From positions 5,556 through 69,555 of the forward strand of contig CALFMN010000102.1 of assembly GCA_937879875.1 (NCBI GenBank): a stretch of 64,000 nt of DNA, in the 5' to 3' direction. The position numbers and the translations under genes are program-made. The DNA comes from an uncultured Chloroflexota bacterium (GTDB lineage: Bacteria > Chloroflexota > Dehalococcoidia > CAUJGQ01). Below, one piece after another: positions 48,552-59,026 of this stretch (positions within the stretch are counted from its first letter, which is position 1; the number at the start of each line of letters is the position of its first letter). The notes beneath the pieces are model-generated. The model had not been told where the DNA came from. It was given only the letters and a program-made list of their open reading frames with translations, and searched no databases.

Positions 48552-49391
48552 TTACGGCCGTTCCATCTCCCAGCCGGCCGGCTCCGGCCAGTTGTGCAGC
48601 ATCTGTCCGCCGTCCGCGACGACGACAGCGCCGTTGATGAAGCGCGCCGCGGGCGAGCAGAGAAAGGCGCACAGCTCGGCGACCTCCGCGGGCGATGCGT
48701 AGCGGTGTGCAGGCACCGACGCGAGGTTGGCGGCCTCCGAGGCGTCATCGAAGCCGGCCTGCGCCAACTCCTTCTCGTGCAGCGCCGTCGTATCCACATT
48801 GCCGGGCGCCAGCGCGTTGACGGTGACACTATGCCGGCCCCAGTAGTTCGCCAGCGTGCGTGTCAGGTTGACCACGCCTGCGCGTGCCGCGCCCGAGTGG
48901 GCGAAGAAGTAGGCGCCGCGCTCCAGTGAGTAGACGTGCACCACGTTGACGATCGCGCCGAAGTTTTGGGCCACCATGCGCGGACCGATGCGGCTGCACA
49001 TATTCCAGGTGCCATTGAGGTTTAGATCGATGACCGAACGCCAGCCGCGGTCGGAGATCTCGGAGGGCCGCGCCGGGAACTGGCCGCCGGCGTTGTTGAT
49101 CAGGCAGTCGATGCGGCCATAGCGCTGTAGCGTTCCCTCGGCCAGCGCCTCGACCTGCGCCACGTCGCGGATGTCCGTCGCCTGTGCCGCGCAGATGCCG
49201 CCGGCGGTCTCGATCTGCTGCCGCGTTTCACTCAGTGTTTCAATGTGCCGGCCCGCGACCACGACGCTGGCGCCCAGTGCGCCGAAGCGCAGGGCAATCA
49301 CCCGGCCGATGCCGCTGCCGCCGCCCGTGACGATGACGACGCGGCCGGCAAACAGGTTCGAACGCAGGACTTCCACCGTTTCTCCGCCCAT
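48552..49391 (-). CDS. SDR family oxidoreductase (2,4-dienoyl-CoA reductase-like)
   Basis: Start at ATG 49391. Cofactor motif VTGGGSGIG, then NNAGG. The active-site region AHSGAARAGVVNLTRTLA lacks the classical YxxxK, as in DECR-like SDRs. Confidence 0.85.
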   Translation of the reverse strand: MGGETVEVLRSNLFAGRVVIVTGGGSGIGRVIALRFGALGASVVVAGRHIETLSETRQQIETAGGICAAQATDIRDVAQVEALAEGTLQRYGRIDCLINNAGGQFPARPSEISDRGWRSVIDLNLNGTWNMCSRIGPRMVAQNFGAIVNVVHVYSLERGAYFFAHSGAARAGVVNLTRTLANYWGRHSVTVNALAPGNVDTTALHEKELAQAGFDDASEAANLASVPAHRYASPAEVAELCAFLCSPAARFINGAVVVADGGQMLHNWPEPAGWEMERP

Positions 49392-49476
49392 GCTCGCTCT
49401 CCCCGGGCGCTGCCGGCGCTGCCGCGACTCAGCTTGGCACGCTGCGGGCGGTTGCCGGCGTGCGGGCAATGACCGG

Positions 49477-50235
49477 CTACTGTTGAGCGGGAGCAGCAGA
49501 CGGGCCGGCCACCAGCGGCACGCGCTTGACCTCCGCGCCGCCGTCCGCGAGACGTACGAGATTGATCGTTTTCGAGAGGTCGGGCGAGCCGGAGTAATAG
49601 GCGGGCAGATCGCCGGCGCCGATCTTCGTCGCCAGATCCCAGTGGCCAAGCGCGAGATAGTCGGCCTGCAGTGCGTCCAGCTCCTCCTGATGAATCAGCC
49701 AGGAGCGGTGCAGATCCTGCGGGCCGCTGACCCAGTGGCCGTGCGCGATGGCGACGCGCCAACGCGCGGCGCCGCGCGGCGCCGGATCGCGCAGCGGCGC
49801 CATGTCCACGTGATCGGGATGCGGCCGGCCCCAGACTTCGAGGTCAAGGCCGGCGAGCGGCAGCAGTTCGTCGACGGTGATGCCCAGGACTTCGACGTTT
49901 GGCAGCTCGCCCAGCCCGCCGCGGCGGTAAACGGAGCCGGGCGCGAGGCAATCGTGGTTGCCGGGCAGAATGATGACCGGCAGCGCCGCGTCCTGCAAGC
50001 AGCGGCCAACGGCGTCGATCAGCGGCAGCTTAACGCGGTTGTGGTCGAAGATGTCGCCGGCGAGCAGCAGCGCGTCGGCGCCGGCGGCGACGGTGGTATC
50101 GAGCACGTGCTGCAGGCGGGCGAGATCATCCTCATGCCGCGTCTCCGAGGCGAGATGCAGATCGGAACTGTGCGCCAACAGCACGGACGACCGCCGCGAG
50201 GCGCCGTTCCTGCCCACGCCGGGATCAGATGCCAC
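49477..50235 (-). CDS. Metallophosphoesterase family protein
   Basis: GTG start follows GAGGTG. Motifs SDLHL, GDIFD, LPGNHD and AHGH. Confidence 0.75.
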   Translation of the reverse strand: MASDPGVGRNGASRRSSVLLAHSSDLHLASETRHEDDLARLQHVLDTTVAAGADALLLAGDIFDHNRVKLPLIDAVGRCLQDAALPVIILPGNHDCLAPGSVYRRGGLGELPNVEVLGITVDELLPLAGLDLEVWGRPHPDHVDMAPLRDPAPRGAARWRVAIAHGHWVSGPQDLHRSWLIHQEELDALQADYLALGHWDLATKIGAGDLPAYYSGSPDLSKTINLVRLADGGAEVKRVPLVAGPSAAPAQQ

Positions 50236-50304
50236 GCTTCACCTCGGGCGGCCAGCCGCCCCGCTGAGCATGGCACAGGTGCGCCGGCGCGGGCCAGCCG
50301 CGCG

Positions 50305-50616
50305 TTAATCCCAATCGGAGGTGGAGGGCGAGCTGATGACGCTGGCCGCGGCGCCGACCAGGGCCACCGCACCGAGCACAAGCAGCAGCACGGCCGCGCC
50401 ACCGGAGAGCTTGTGGCCGAGCAGGAAGATCAGCGCGATCACGGCGCTGGCGCCACCGGCGAGCGCCAGGTTCGAGTGCGTCTGCACGACGGCCTGCCGG
50501 CGACGACGCTCATTGCCGCGCGGATAGTCGAGCTGGCCCCGCCGGTACTGGGCCACGCGCCAGCCGCCCCAGCCGAGCGCCGCGAGGCAGGCGATGTAGA
50601 CGATGACGGCCAACAT
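50305..50616 (-). CDS. Small membrane protein (hypothetical)
   Basis: ATG at 50616 follows GGAGGAGGG. Predicted to span the membrane three times. Confidence 0.5.
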   Translation of the reverse strand: MLAVIVYIACLAALGWGGWRVAQYRRGQLDYPRGNERRRRQAVVQTHSNLALAGGASAVIALIFLLGHKLSGGAAVLLLVLGAVALVGAAASVISSPSTSDWD

Positions 50617-50757
50617 GGAATCCCTCCTCCGCGAGCCAACACCCTGCAATCATCGTAATCCCGCGACCGGCGCCGCGGAAAGGGATCGCAGAATCGCGTG
50701 GCGAAGACGCGCACGATCGCAGGGCAATCGCCGGCCGGACGGCGATCTGCATGACGC

Positions 50758-51972
50758 CTAACCGCGCTCGCCAGCGGCGTCGAACAGCAGCGGCAGGTGC
50801 TTGACGCCGTGCATGATGAAGCCAGGCACCTGCTCAAGCTGAGCCGCATCGACGCGGCGCAGGTTCGGCAGGCGCCGGCCGATCTCTGCCAGCGCGATCG
50901 TCGCCTCCAGCCGCGCCAGCGGCGCGCCGAGGCAGAAGTGGATGCCCTGGCCGAAGCTCAGATGGCGGTTCGGCGTGCGGGTGATGTCGAAGCGATCCGG
51001 ATCGGGAAACTCCTTCGCGTCGCGGTTGGCCGAGGCGAGCCAGACGATCACCGGCTGCCCCGCCTGCACCGTTTCGCCGCGCAGCTCGGTGGCCGCGGTT
51101 GCGATGCGCACGGTGGCCTGCACGGGCGGGCGGTAGCGCAGCACCTCCTCCACCGCCGTGGGAATCGTTGCCGGCTCGGCGCGCAGCCGGGCGAAGGCGT
51201 CCGGCTGCTCCAGCAACGTGCGTACGGCGTTGCCGATCAGGTTCGTCGTCGTCTCGTTGCCCGCGACGAGCAGGAGGATACAGAAGATCAGGATCTCGTC
51301 GCGCGAGAGCTTTTCGCCCTCGACCTCGGCGGCGATCAGGGCGCTGATCAGATCCTGCCGCGGCTCGCGCTGGCGCGCATCGACGACCGTACCGAAGTAG
51401 GCGCTCATCTCCTTGATCGTTTGGTCCGGCACATCGCGCGGGCTCGTGCCCCCCTCTTCACGTTCGATCGGTACGCCCGTGCCCAGGCTGGCCGCAACCA
51501 CGTCCGACCAGCGCTTGAAGTCGGCGCGGTCCTCCGCCGGCACGCCGAGGATCTCGGCGATCACGATCACCGGCAGCGGATACGCAAGGTCGCTGATCAG
51601 ATCGATGCTTCCGGCGGGCTCGACGGCGGCGAGCAGCTCGTCCGTGATCGCGCGGATGCGCGGCACAAGCTGTTGCACCATGCGTGGCGTGAAGGCGCGG
51701 TTCACCAATTCGCGTAGCTGCGTGTGGCGCGGCGGGTCGAGATTGAGGATGCTGGTCGGCTGACGCTCTGCACGGGGCAGGTTGCGCTGAGAATCGCTGG
51801 AGAAGCGCTTCGGGTCGCGCAGAATCGTGCGGCAATCCTCATACAAGAAGGCGTTCCACGCCTGCAGCTCCGGCCGGTAGCCGAAGGGCTGGAACTGCCG
51901 CGCCATGGCGTACAGCGGATACGGGTTGTCCAGATTCTCCGGCGACATCAAGGGGTTGGTGCCGGTCACCAT
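50758..51972 (-). CDS. Cytochrome P450
   Basis: Start at ATG 51972. I-helix LLVAGNETT, ExxR (EEVLRYRPP) and the heme-binding loop FGQGIHFCLGAPLA. Confidence 0.9.
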   Translation of the reverse strand: MVTGTNPLMSPENLDNPYPLYAMARQFQPFGYRPELQAWNAFLYEDCRTILRDPKRFSSDSQRNLPRAERQPTSILNLDPPRHTQLRELVNRAFTPRMVQQLVPRIRAITDELLAAVEPAGSIDLISDLAYPLPVIVIAEILGVPAEDRADFKRWSDVVAASLGTGVPIEREEGGTSPRDVPDQTIKEMSAYFGTVVDARQREPRQDLISALIAAEVEGEKLSRDEILIFCILLLVAGNETTTNLIGNAVRTLLEQPDAFARLRAEPATIPTAVEEVLRYRPPVQATVRIATAATELRGETVQAGQPVIVWLASANRDAKEFPDPDRFDITRTPNRHLSFGQGIHFCLGAPLARLEATIALAEIGRRLPNLRRVDAAQLEQVPGFIMHGVKHLPLLFDAAGERG

Positions 51973-52105
51973 GACTGTGGCCTTTCTGAGCGCTGCGGCC
52001 GTGCAAACGCGCGGCCGCACACCCCCAGTATACCCTTTGTGGGAAGGGCAACTAACCGGGCGAACGGCGCCGGCCGCTTCGAGGCGGCGCGCCAGGAGGC
52101 GACGG

Positions 52106-53704
52106 CTACGACGCCGGTGCGATGCGCACCTGCGTCGCGCCGAAGGTCTGCACGCCGCTGGCGTCGGTGAACAGGGCAACGATCGTGTAGACTCCCGGCG
52201 CCCTGTAGGTGTGCATAGCGTACTGCGACGGCTGATCGTGCGTGACTTCGCCATCGCCCCAGTCGAACGACCAGGACGGGGCGCCGGGAACCAGCGGTTG
52301 CGCGCCTACCGAGGCGAAGGTCAGTGCCTGGCCGGCGCTGCCCACTAGCGGCGGATCGACCGCGTTCAGCATGTGCGTCGCGATGTCGAAGGCGGTGAGT
52401 GTGTCCGCCAGCATGGGCAGGGGCAAGCCGGGCGGCGGCGGCGGGATCTGGCCGTTGAGCACCGCCGGGCTGATGCTCAGCTCGTACACCATCACTTCCG
52501 CGGCATCCGGGTCGCCTACCTGCCATGCGCCAACGAGGTGTGGGCTGGCGAGGCCGAGGAAGAGGCCCCGTCCGGCGAACGTCTCACCCAGGGGCTTGAG
52601 CTCGCCGGTATACAGAAAGGTGGCGCTCGAAGCATCGCTGAGCCTGAAGTCCACGGCGAACTGCCCGCCGTAGTCCGGCCGCACCACGCCGCCGCCGCTC
52701 AGTGTGCCCCCCGCGGTGGCGAGGGCGACATCCACCGACTCGCCGCCCGGCGCAACATCCGGGCCGTTCGGCGTGATCGTGAGCTGGCCCGCGCCGAAGC
52801 GGTCGCGGTAGTCGAGCGGCGGCAGCGTTTGCGGCGCCAGCGGCACGGACTCGATCTGGATATCGACCTGCGGCAGGCCGGTCAGGGCGCAGTTCAGGGC
52901 GTTCGGAGTGCCCGCCGGCTCGGCGCAGACGGTTTCAGGTGGCCACTGATCGACCGGCAACGCGAGCGCCTGCACCCGCGCCTTCAACGCGACCGCGGCA
53001 GCGGTTGAAGAAGTCAGCGTTGCGCCATCCCAGTTCACATCGAGCGGCCGGCCGGCGTTGTCTGCGACCGAAAGCGCCGGGGCAAGCCGATCCGGCGCAC
53101 CATCGCCAGTGGGATCAACCCAGTGCACCGTTTCGCCCGGCGCCAGCGTCGCACTTTGACTCGTCGTGTCCTCCGGCGCGGTTGTAATCGCGACTTCGAG
53201 CGTGTGCGGTGTGTCCATCACGCCGAGCGCGGCGCGGCAGCGCACCACGTTGCCACGCGCGGTATCGGCGCCGCAAAAGCTGAGGCCGGGCGGACCGCCT
53301 GGCGGGAAACCCGACGGATAGGACGTTTGCAGTTGCACGAGCACGTCGTCGAAGGCGGTCACGGTGAAGTCGGGCGCGCCGAGCGAGAGGAAGACGCGGA
53401 CAGGCGAATCGTTCCGCACGTGCATAGGAACTGGGCTGAAGCGTCCGGCGCCGAAGATCGAGATGAACCGACCCGGAACCGGGGTTGGCGTTGGAGTCGG
53501 CGGCGGCTGCACAAACGTCACGTCTTCGCCCGGCGCCAGCGAGCGGCCGCCCGGGATCGTGATCTGCGCCTCCGGCGTCAGCGACGGCTGCGGCTGACCG
53601 GCCGCGTGCGGCGGAGCGCTGCTGCCCGCCAGCGCCACGGCGATCAGAACGGCCGCCGCGACGGCGAGCAGACAGAGCAGAAACCGCGCGCCTCGGACCC
53701 TCAT
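52106..53704 (-). CDS. Secreted protein with C-terminal PKD domain
   Basis: Start at ATG 53704. Signal/TM segment RFLLCLLAVAAAVLIAVALA. C-terminal WSFDWGDGEVTHDQPSQYAMHTYRAPGVYTIVALFTDASG is a PKD repeat. Confidence 0.7.
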   Translation of the reverse strand: MRVRGARFLLCLLAVAAAVLIAVALAGSSAPPHAAGQPQPSLTPEAQITIPGGRSLAPGEDVTFVQPPPTPTPTPVPGRFISIFGAGRFSPVPMHVRNDSPVRVFLSLGAPDFTVTAFDDVLVQLQTSYPSGFPPGGPPGLSFCGADTARGNVVRCRAALGVMDTPHTLEVAITTAPEDTTSQSATLAPGETVHWVDPTGDGAPDRLAPALSVADNAGRPLDVNWDGATLTSSTAAAVALKARVQALALPVDQWPPETVCAEPAGTPNALNCALTGLPQVDIQIESVPLAPQTLPPLDYRDRFGAGQLTITPNGPDVAPGGESVDVALATAGGTLSGGGVVRPDYGGQFAVDFRLSDASSATFLYTGELKPLGETFAGRGLFLGLASPHLVGAWQVGDPDAAEVMVYELSISPAVLNGQIPPPPPGLPLPMLADTLTAFDIATHMLNAVDPPLVGSAGQALTFASVGAQPLVPGAPSWSFDWGDGEVTHDQPSQYAMHTYRAPGVYTIVALFTDASGVQTFGATQVRIAPAS

Positions 53705-54030
53705 CGGAAACCTCAGACCATCTGAAGGACACAGCTCGCCGCCGCACTCCACAGAACAGGACGTATCAGCGTCCAAAACGTTGCGCCATAGCCGCGCCTG
53801 CGGGCCGCTGGCGCATGGCAGCCGTCTCGCGGCAACACGCCGGTCAGGTGTTTGCCTCCTCGCTCCGTGCTCCCCGCAATCTGCCGTCTGCTCTGACCGC
53901 GCGGCCGTACAGTGTGCTGAAAATGTCTGTCTGCCCAGAACCGGGGGTGCTCGCAGACGGTCGATGCAGGAACGGGAAAGCGCCTCATGCAGCCAGGCGA
54001 TCAGGCGCTTCCCCGCACCTTTTGATAGCT

Positions 54031-55017
54031 CTACGGCACGCGCCGGGCCGCCGGCCAGCGCCGGCGCGCGGCGAGCCCCGTCAGGCAGAGCAGCGCCACG
54101 ATCGCCGCGAACGGCAAACCGATCACGCCGATCCAGATCAGCGCGCTTGCCGAACCTCTCCCGAGGTCGCCCAGCACACGCGCGGCGTCGCGAAACGTGT
54201 CGGCCGCGGACCAGCCCTTGTGCGCCACCGCTGCTGGCACCGCCGGCGCCTCCTGCGGGATCAGCTCAACGCTCAACGTGGCCAGGTCGCTCAGCTTGGT
54301 CAGATACTGCTGCCTCCCCTTCGCCTGCTCGATCTGCCCGTTGATGTCGGTCAGCTCGCGATAGACGGTGAGAATGTCGTTGGCGTTATTGGTCTTCTCG
54401 CGGATGGTAGCGAGCAGCGCGCGGAGTTGGTCCGATGTCGCCTGGAGGTTGGCCACCCGCGCATCCAGGTCGGCGTACTCCTCGGTAACGTCCTGGCTCG
54501 TGATGTTCTCACGCTGGACCTTGACGCCCAGGTTCTTGATCTGGGCCATCGCCTGGTCGAACGCGGACGCCGGCACGCGCAGCGTCACTGTTCCGCGCAG
54601 CTTCTCGCCCGATTGCGCCAGGTTGCTGCCCGAGATGTAGCCACCAAATCCGGTGGCGATGCTGGAGATACTCGTAAACGCGCCCTCCACATCCCCAACG
54701 ACCAGGCCGAGGTCGGCATTGCGGATAATCTTGCGGCCCAGGTCGGCTGCCGCCCCGCCCGAAGCGTCGGGAATGCTTCCGCCTGCCGCAGCCGCTGTGG
54801 CTGGCGCTGCGCCGGACGAGGACGCGGCGGACGTGGCGGCCGCGGCGGGCGGTGCCGCATTTGACGAGCGAGTCGCGCTCGCCGCCGTAGCGGCAGCGTT
54901 CGCCGCCGTCTCCTTATGCGTCGTTCCCGTCCCGGCGGAGCTGCAGGCGACCACCAGCAGCACGGCAAGCGACCCTGCCGCCAACACGCTCACTCTTGCC
55001 GAAGAACCACCCTGCAT
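54031..55017 (-). CDS. DUF4349 domain-containing lipoprotein
   Basis: ATG at 55017 follows GGAGGAGGG. Lipobox LLVVAC and an Ala/Ser-rich linker. Contains RKIIRNADLGLVVGDVEGAF...LRVPASAFDQAM...DVTEEYADLDARVANL plus a C-terminal TM, as in DUF4349. Confidence 0.7.
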   Translation of the reverse strand: MQGGSSARVSVLAAGSLAVLLVVACSSAGTGTTHKETAANAAATAASATRSSNAAPPAAAATSAASSSGAAPATAAAAGGSIPDASGGAAADLGRKIIRNADLGLVVGDVEGAFTSISSIATGFGGYISGSNLAQSGEKLRGTVTLRVPASAFDQAMAQIKNLGVKVQRENITSQDVTEEYADLDARVANLQATSDQLRALLATIREKTNNANDILTVYRELTDINGQIEQAKGRQQYLTKLSDLATLSVELIPQEAPAVPAAVAHKGWSAADTFRDAARVLGDLGRGSASALIWIGVIGLPFAAIVALLCLTGLAARRRWPAARRVP

Positions 55018-55252
55018 CGACCCTCCTCCGTTCGTACTCGCGGCCCGCACTGTACGGGCCGGCATGGCACAGAGGACGATGCAGCATGGAGATTTATTTC
55101 TGCTTTGAGCGGTACGGGCGGCGCCAGCCTCACGTCCCGCCAGCCGAAACTCTTGCCAGCGCACACCTACGCCAGTCACACGTCAACAGCCGCTGCGGAG
55201 GGCCAACTGCACGGATGTCTCCGCACGAGCTGCACAGGGCGCGCGAAGGCCG

Positions 55253-55813
55253 GTGCCGCGACGAGCGATCCGCATCGACACGCACGCTGGCTCAGTTCGG
55301 GCCGACGAGGTGAACGCCATCGACTGGATCGCAGCCGCAGGAGCGGTAACCACCGCGCTTGCTGCCCTGTTTACCGGCTGGCAGGCTCGCGAGGTGCGGA
55401 GAACGGTCGGCGAGCAGAAGGAAGACCGCCGTCTGCTCTATCGCCCGTTCATCGACGTGCACCGCGATCCGGCCACTGACGCACTGGTGATTGAGAACAT
55501 CGGCCGTGGCGTCGCACTTCGCTGTGTCGTTTTCACGTGGCCACCACCGTTCGGCGACAGTCAGGGTGTAAGCGAGATGGTGGCGCTGGGCGCAGGGGGA
55601 AGGCGAGTTCTCAATTCCTGGACGCTTCAGCCACGGGCGGACTACGTCTTCGAGGATGTTGAACGAGGAACCGCTCGTCTGGACATCGCAATATGCGAAG
55701 ATGAGCTCGGAACTCTATACCGATTCGCGCCAAGGGGAGCATACGACCACTGGGAGGGGGGTGCCGCACACCCTCCTGCATGGATCGGATACTATCAGGT
55801 GGTTCGCAGCTAG
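55253..55813 (+). CDS. Hypothetical membrane-anchored protein
   Basis: The ORF has one TM segment (IDWIAAAGAVTTALAALFTGW). The start is uncertain (55253, or GTG near 55310). GC is somewhat lower than the surroundings. Confidence 0.35.
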   Translation: MPRRAIRIDTHAGSVRADEVNAIDWIAAAGAVTTALAALFTGWQAREVRRTVGEQKEDRRLLYRPFIDVHRDPATDALVIENIGRGVALRCVVFTWPPPFGDSQGVSEMVALGAGGRRVLNSWTLQPRADYVFEDVERGTARLDIAICEDELGTLYRFAPRGAYDHWEGGAAHPPAWIGYYQVVRS

Positions 55814-55829
55814 CGTCAGAGAGATTGCT

Positions 55830-56114
55830 ATGCCGGTTTATGATGGCAGCGCCGAACTCATGGCTCTGAACGGAGAGCGCATAAGTAGAGTCCTCGCCCA
55901 CCTGGAGAGCCAGCTCCCGTCTGGCCCAAAATTCGGATCGTGGCAGGGCAAACTGTCGCCGCCCGACGGCGGAGAATTCGACGGTCCCATCGATCTGGCG
56001 GAGGTAATCGTCCGTTTGCCCGGCGGGCGGACCGCGCGGGCAGTGCTCAGAGGCAAGACAGCCGAGCCTCACCCCGCGCTGGAACTTGTCGGCTCCGGCC
56101 CACCGCCGTTCTGA
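55830..56114 (+). CDS. Hypothetical protein (94 aa)
   Basis: ATG at 55830 lies 14 nt after the previous stop. Weak SD. No domain recognised. Confidence 0.3.
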   Translation: MPVYDGSAELMALNGERISRVLAHLESQLPSGPKFGSWQGKLSPPDGGEFDGPIDLAEVIVRLPGGRTARAVLRGKTAEPHPALELVGSGPPPF

Positions 56115-56120
56115 GCCAGG

Positions 56121-57047
56121 CTAGACCGCGCGCCGGCTGCCTTGCGGCCGCGCCGCGTGGCCGTAGCGGGCGAGCAGCAGGCGGATGAAGTTGGCCGCGG
56201 CCGGCGGAGGCGGCGCGCCGCGGCGCGGCACTACCAGGCAGGTCGTGCGCGTGATGCGCGGCAGGCCGGCCACGTGCAGCTCTACCAGCGCACCGGACTC
56301 CAACTCCGCCGCCACGGCCTGGCGCGGCACCATGCCCACGCCGTAGCCCATCTGCGCCGCCGTACGCACAGCTTCGTGGCTGTCGAACTCCATCGTGATG
56401 CGGGGATAGACGCCGGCCTGTTCCAACTCGGCATCGACGTGCGTGCGGAAGCGCGAAGGCGCCTGGAAGAGGATCATATCGAGCTGCGAGAACTCCGCGA
56501 GCGTCACAGGTTCGGGCAGAGCGGCGGCGAACGCCGGCGCCGCGACTGCAATGATCGCGTCTTCGAACAGCGCCGTCGATTCCAGGCGAGGATGCGCCAC
56601 CGGCGTGCTGGTGAGGCCCAAATCGGCGTTGCCTTCGAGCAGCCGGTCGAGCACGCCGTCGGCGCGGGCCGACCAGACGCGCAGCCGCACGTTGGGATAG
56701 GCGGCACGGAACTCGCCCAGCAGGCGCGGCAGCGTAAACAGGCCCACCGTCGTGACGCAGGCGATCGAGACCTCTCCCTGTTCCGGGTCGGAGAGCGAGG
56801 CGACATCGCTCTTCAGATGCTCGACCTGCGCGAGGATGTGATGTGCATGCTGGTAGACGCTCTGGCCCATCGCGGTAAGATGTAAGCCGCGGCCGCCGCG
56901 TTCGACCAGCGTGGCGCCCAGCTCGCGCTCCAACGCCGCGATCTGGCGCGTCACCGCGGGTTGGCTGAGGTTCAGCAGCTCGCCGGCGCGGGTGAAGTTG
57001 CCCTCGTCCACCACGCGCACGAACGTCTCCAGATGTTGCAGGATCAT
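56121..57047 (-). CDS. LysR family transcriptional regulator
   Basis: Start at ATG 57047. HTH MILQHLETFVRVVDEGNFTRAGELLNLSQPAVTRQIAALEREL. Divergent from korAB. Confidence 0.85.
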   Translation of the reverse strand: MILQHLETFVRVVDEGNFTRAGELLNLSQPAVTRQIAALERELGATLVERGGRGLHLTAMGQSVYQHAHHILAQVEHLKSDVASLSDPEQGEVSIACVTTVGLFTLPRLLGEFRAAYPNVRLRVWSARADGVLDRLLEGNADLGLTSTPVAHPRLESTALFEDAIIAVAAPAFAAALPEPVTLAEFSQLDMILFQAPSRFRTHVDAELEQAGVYPRITMEFDSHEAVRTAAQMGYGVGMVPRQAVAAELESGALVELHVAGLPRITRTTCLVVPRRGAPPPPAAANFIRLLLARYGHAARPQGSRRAV

Positions 57048-57244
57048 CTCGTTATGACTCCAAATGGCTCGATACAATCATCGTCGCGCATACTCAGTAT
57101 AGCAATGATGCATTGGACGTATGGATGTTTCAGGCATATTATCCCCTTGGCAGGGTGAGCCCTGAAGGCGAGGGAAGAGCAGGTCGCATCCGGTCCGGCG
57201 CCGGGTGAGGATTGAAACCGCGGCGAAAACGTGAGGAGGAGTGC

Positions 57245-59026
57245 ATGCTCCAGGAGATCGTCTGGAAGATCGGCGGTGAGCAAGGGCAGGGTCTGGACCC
57301 AACCAGCGACGTCTTTGCCACCGTCTGCAACCGCATGGGGTACTGGGTCTACGCCTACAAGACTTTCTCCTCACGCATCAAGGGCGGGCATACGGACTTC
57401 ACCGTGCGCGTCAGCCAGGAGCGCAAGCTCTCGCCCGCTCCGAAACTGAACATGCTCGTCGCCATCGACCAGGAGTCGATCGACCTGCTGGTCGAAGACC
57501 TGGCCGAGGATGGCATCCTGCTGGCCGACAGCGGCTTTAACCCGCAGGCGCCGGCCGGCGTCAAGCTGATCACGGCCGACCTGACGAAAATGGCGCGCGA
57601 ACTGGGCAACCCGGTCTACCGCAACATGATCGCCGTCGGCTGCTCGGCTCAAGTCCTCGGCATTCCGCTGGAGCCGTTCCGCGAGTACGTGCAGGAGAAG
57701 TTCGGCCGCAAGGGCGAGGCCGTGGTCCAGGAGAACTGGCGGGCGCTCGATATGGGCGCGCAGATCGCGATCGAGCAGCTCGGCGAGCGGGTCTTCAGCC
57801 TCGGTGTGCCCGACGGCAAGAACGACCGGCTGATCGTCACCGGCAACGACGCGATGACGCTCGGCGCCCTTGCCGCCGGCTGCCGCACCGTCTTCGCCTA
57901 TCCGATTACGCCGGCTTCCGAAGTGCTCGAAGTTGCGGCCAAGCTCTTCCCGCGCTACGGCGGCGTCGCCGTCCAGATGGAGGACGAGCTTTCGGCGCTC
58001 GGCGCCGTGATCGGCGCGGGCTTCGCCGGCGCGCGGGCGCTGACCTGCACCGCCGGCCCCGGCATCTCGCTGATGCAGGAGCTGATGGGTCTCGCCGGCA
58101 TGACCGAAGTGCCCTGCGTGATCATCGACACGCAGCGCGGCGGCCCGAGCACCGGCATGCCGACCAAGCACGAGCAGTCGGACCTCTTCGCGCTGATCCA
58201 CGGCGGCCACGGCGAGGCGCCGCGCATCGTGCTGGCGCCGGGCACCGGCGAACAGGCCTTTTTCGACGCCGCGCTCGCCTTCAACCTGGCGGACAACTAC
58301 CACTGCCCGGTGATCATCGCCTCAGACCTCGGCCTCGCGCTGTGGCAACAGACCGTCGATCCGTTCGACGTCTCGAAGGTCGTGATCGACCGCGGCCCGA
58401 TCGTCGAGCAGTCCTATCTCGACTCGATCGGCGGCGACGGCTTCGAGCGCTACGCCGACAGTGAGACGGGTGTCTCCGCCCGCTCCTTCCCCGGCATGAA
58501 GAACGGCCAGTATCTTGCCACCGGCGCCGAGCACGGCCGCACAGGGAAGGTCACCGAAAGCGCAGCCAACCGCGTGCGCATGATCGAGCGGCGCAAGCGC
58601 AAGCTGCGGAAGCTGGAGATCGGCGGCAAGCCGGTGCCCGGCGTCGAGGTCGAAGGGCCGCAGCGGCCGGATGTGCTCCTGATCTCCTACGGCTCGACGA
58701 TCGGCGCGGTGCGCGAAGCGGCCGGCAACCTTGCCGGCGATGGCATCAGCGTCGGCGTCTGCCAGGTGCGGCTGCTCAACCCGCTGCCGGTGGAGGAACT
58801 GACGGCGCTGGTGAACAACGCTCGCAACGTGATCGTGATCGAGAACAACTCCGAGGGCCAGCTCGCCTATCTGATGCGGGCGAACCGCGTGCCCTACGGC
58901 AACGTCCAATCCATGCTGAAGTTTGACGGCACCCTCTTCCGCGGCGACGAAGTGACCGCGAAGGTGAAAGAGATGGTCGCCGTCCCGCAGGCCGCCGAGC
59001 GGCCGGCTGAAAAGGTGCGCGCGTAA
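57245..59026 (+). CDS. korA: 2-oxoacid:ferredoxin oxidoreductase, alpha subunit
   Basis: ATG at 57245 follows GAGGAGGA. Starts WKIGGEQGQGLD...YKTFSSRIKGGHT (gamma-like domain), followed by the alpha domain (AYPITPASE, GAGFAGARALTCTAGPGISLM). Confidence 0.9.
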   Translation: MLQEIVWKIGGEQGQGLDPTSDVFATVCNRMGYWVYAYKTFSSRIKGGHTDFTVRVSQERKLSPAPKLNMLVAIDQESIDLLVEDLAEDGILLADSGFNPQAPAGVKLITADLTKMARELGNPVYRNMIAVGCSAQVLGIPLEPFREYVQEKFGRKGEAVVQENWRALDMGAQIAIEQLGERVFSLGVPDGKNDRLIVTGNDAMTLGALAAGCRTVFAYPITPASEVLEVAAKLFPRYGGVAVQMEDELSALGAVIGAGFAGARALTCTAGPGISLMQELMGLAGMTEVPCVIIDTQRGGPSTGMPTKHEQSDLFALIHGGHGEAPRIVLAPGTGEQAFFDAALAFNLADNYHCPVIIASDLGLALWQQTVDPFDVSKVVIDRGPIVEQSYLDSIGGDGFERYADSETGVSARSFPGMKNGQYLATGAEHGRTGKVTESAANRVRMIERRKRKLRKLEIGGKPVPGVEVEGPQRPDVLLISYGSTIGAVREAAGNLAGDGISVGVCQVRLLNPLPVEELTALVNNARNVIVIENNSEGQLAYLMRANRVPYGNVQSMLKFDGTLFRGDEVTAKVKEMVAVPQAAERPAEKVRA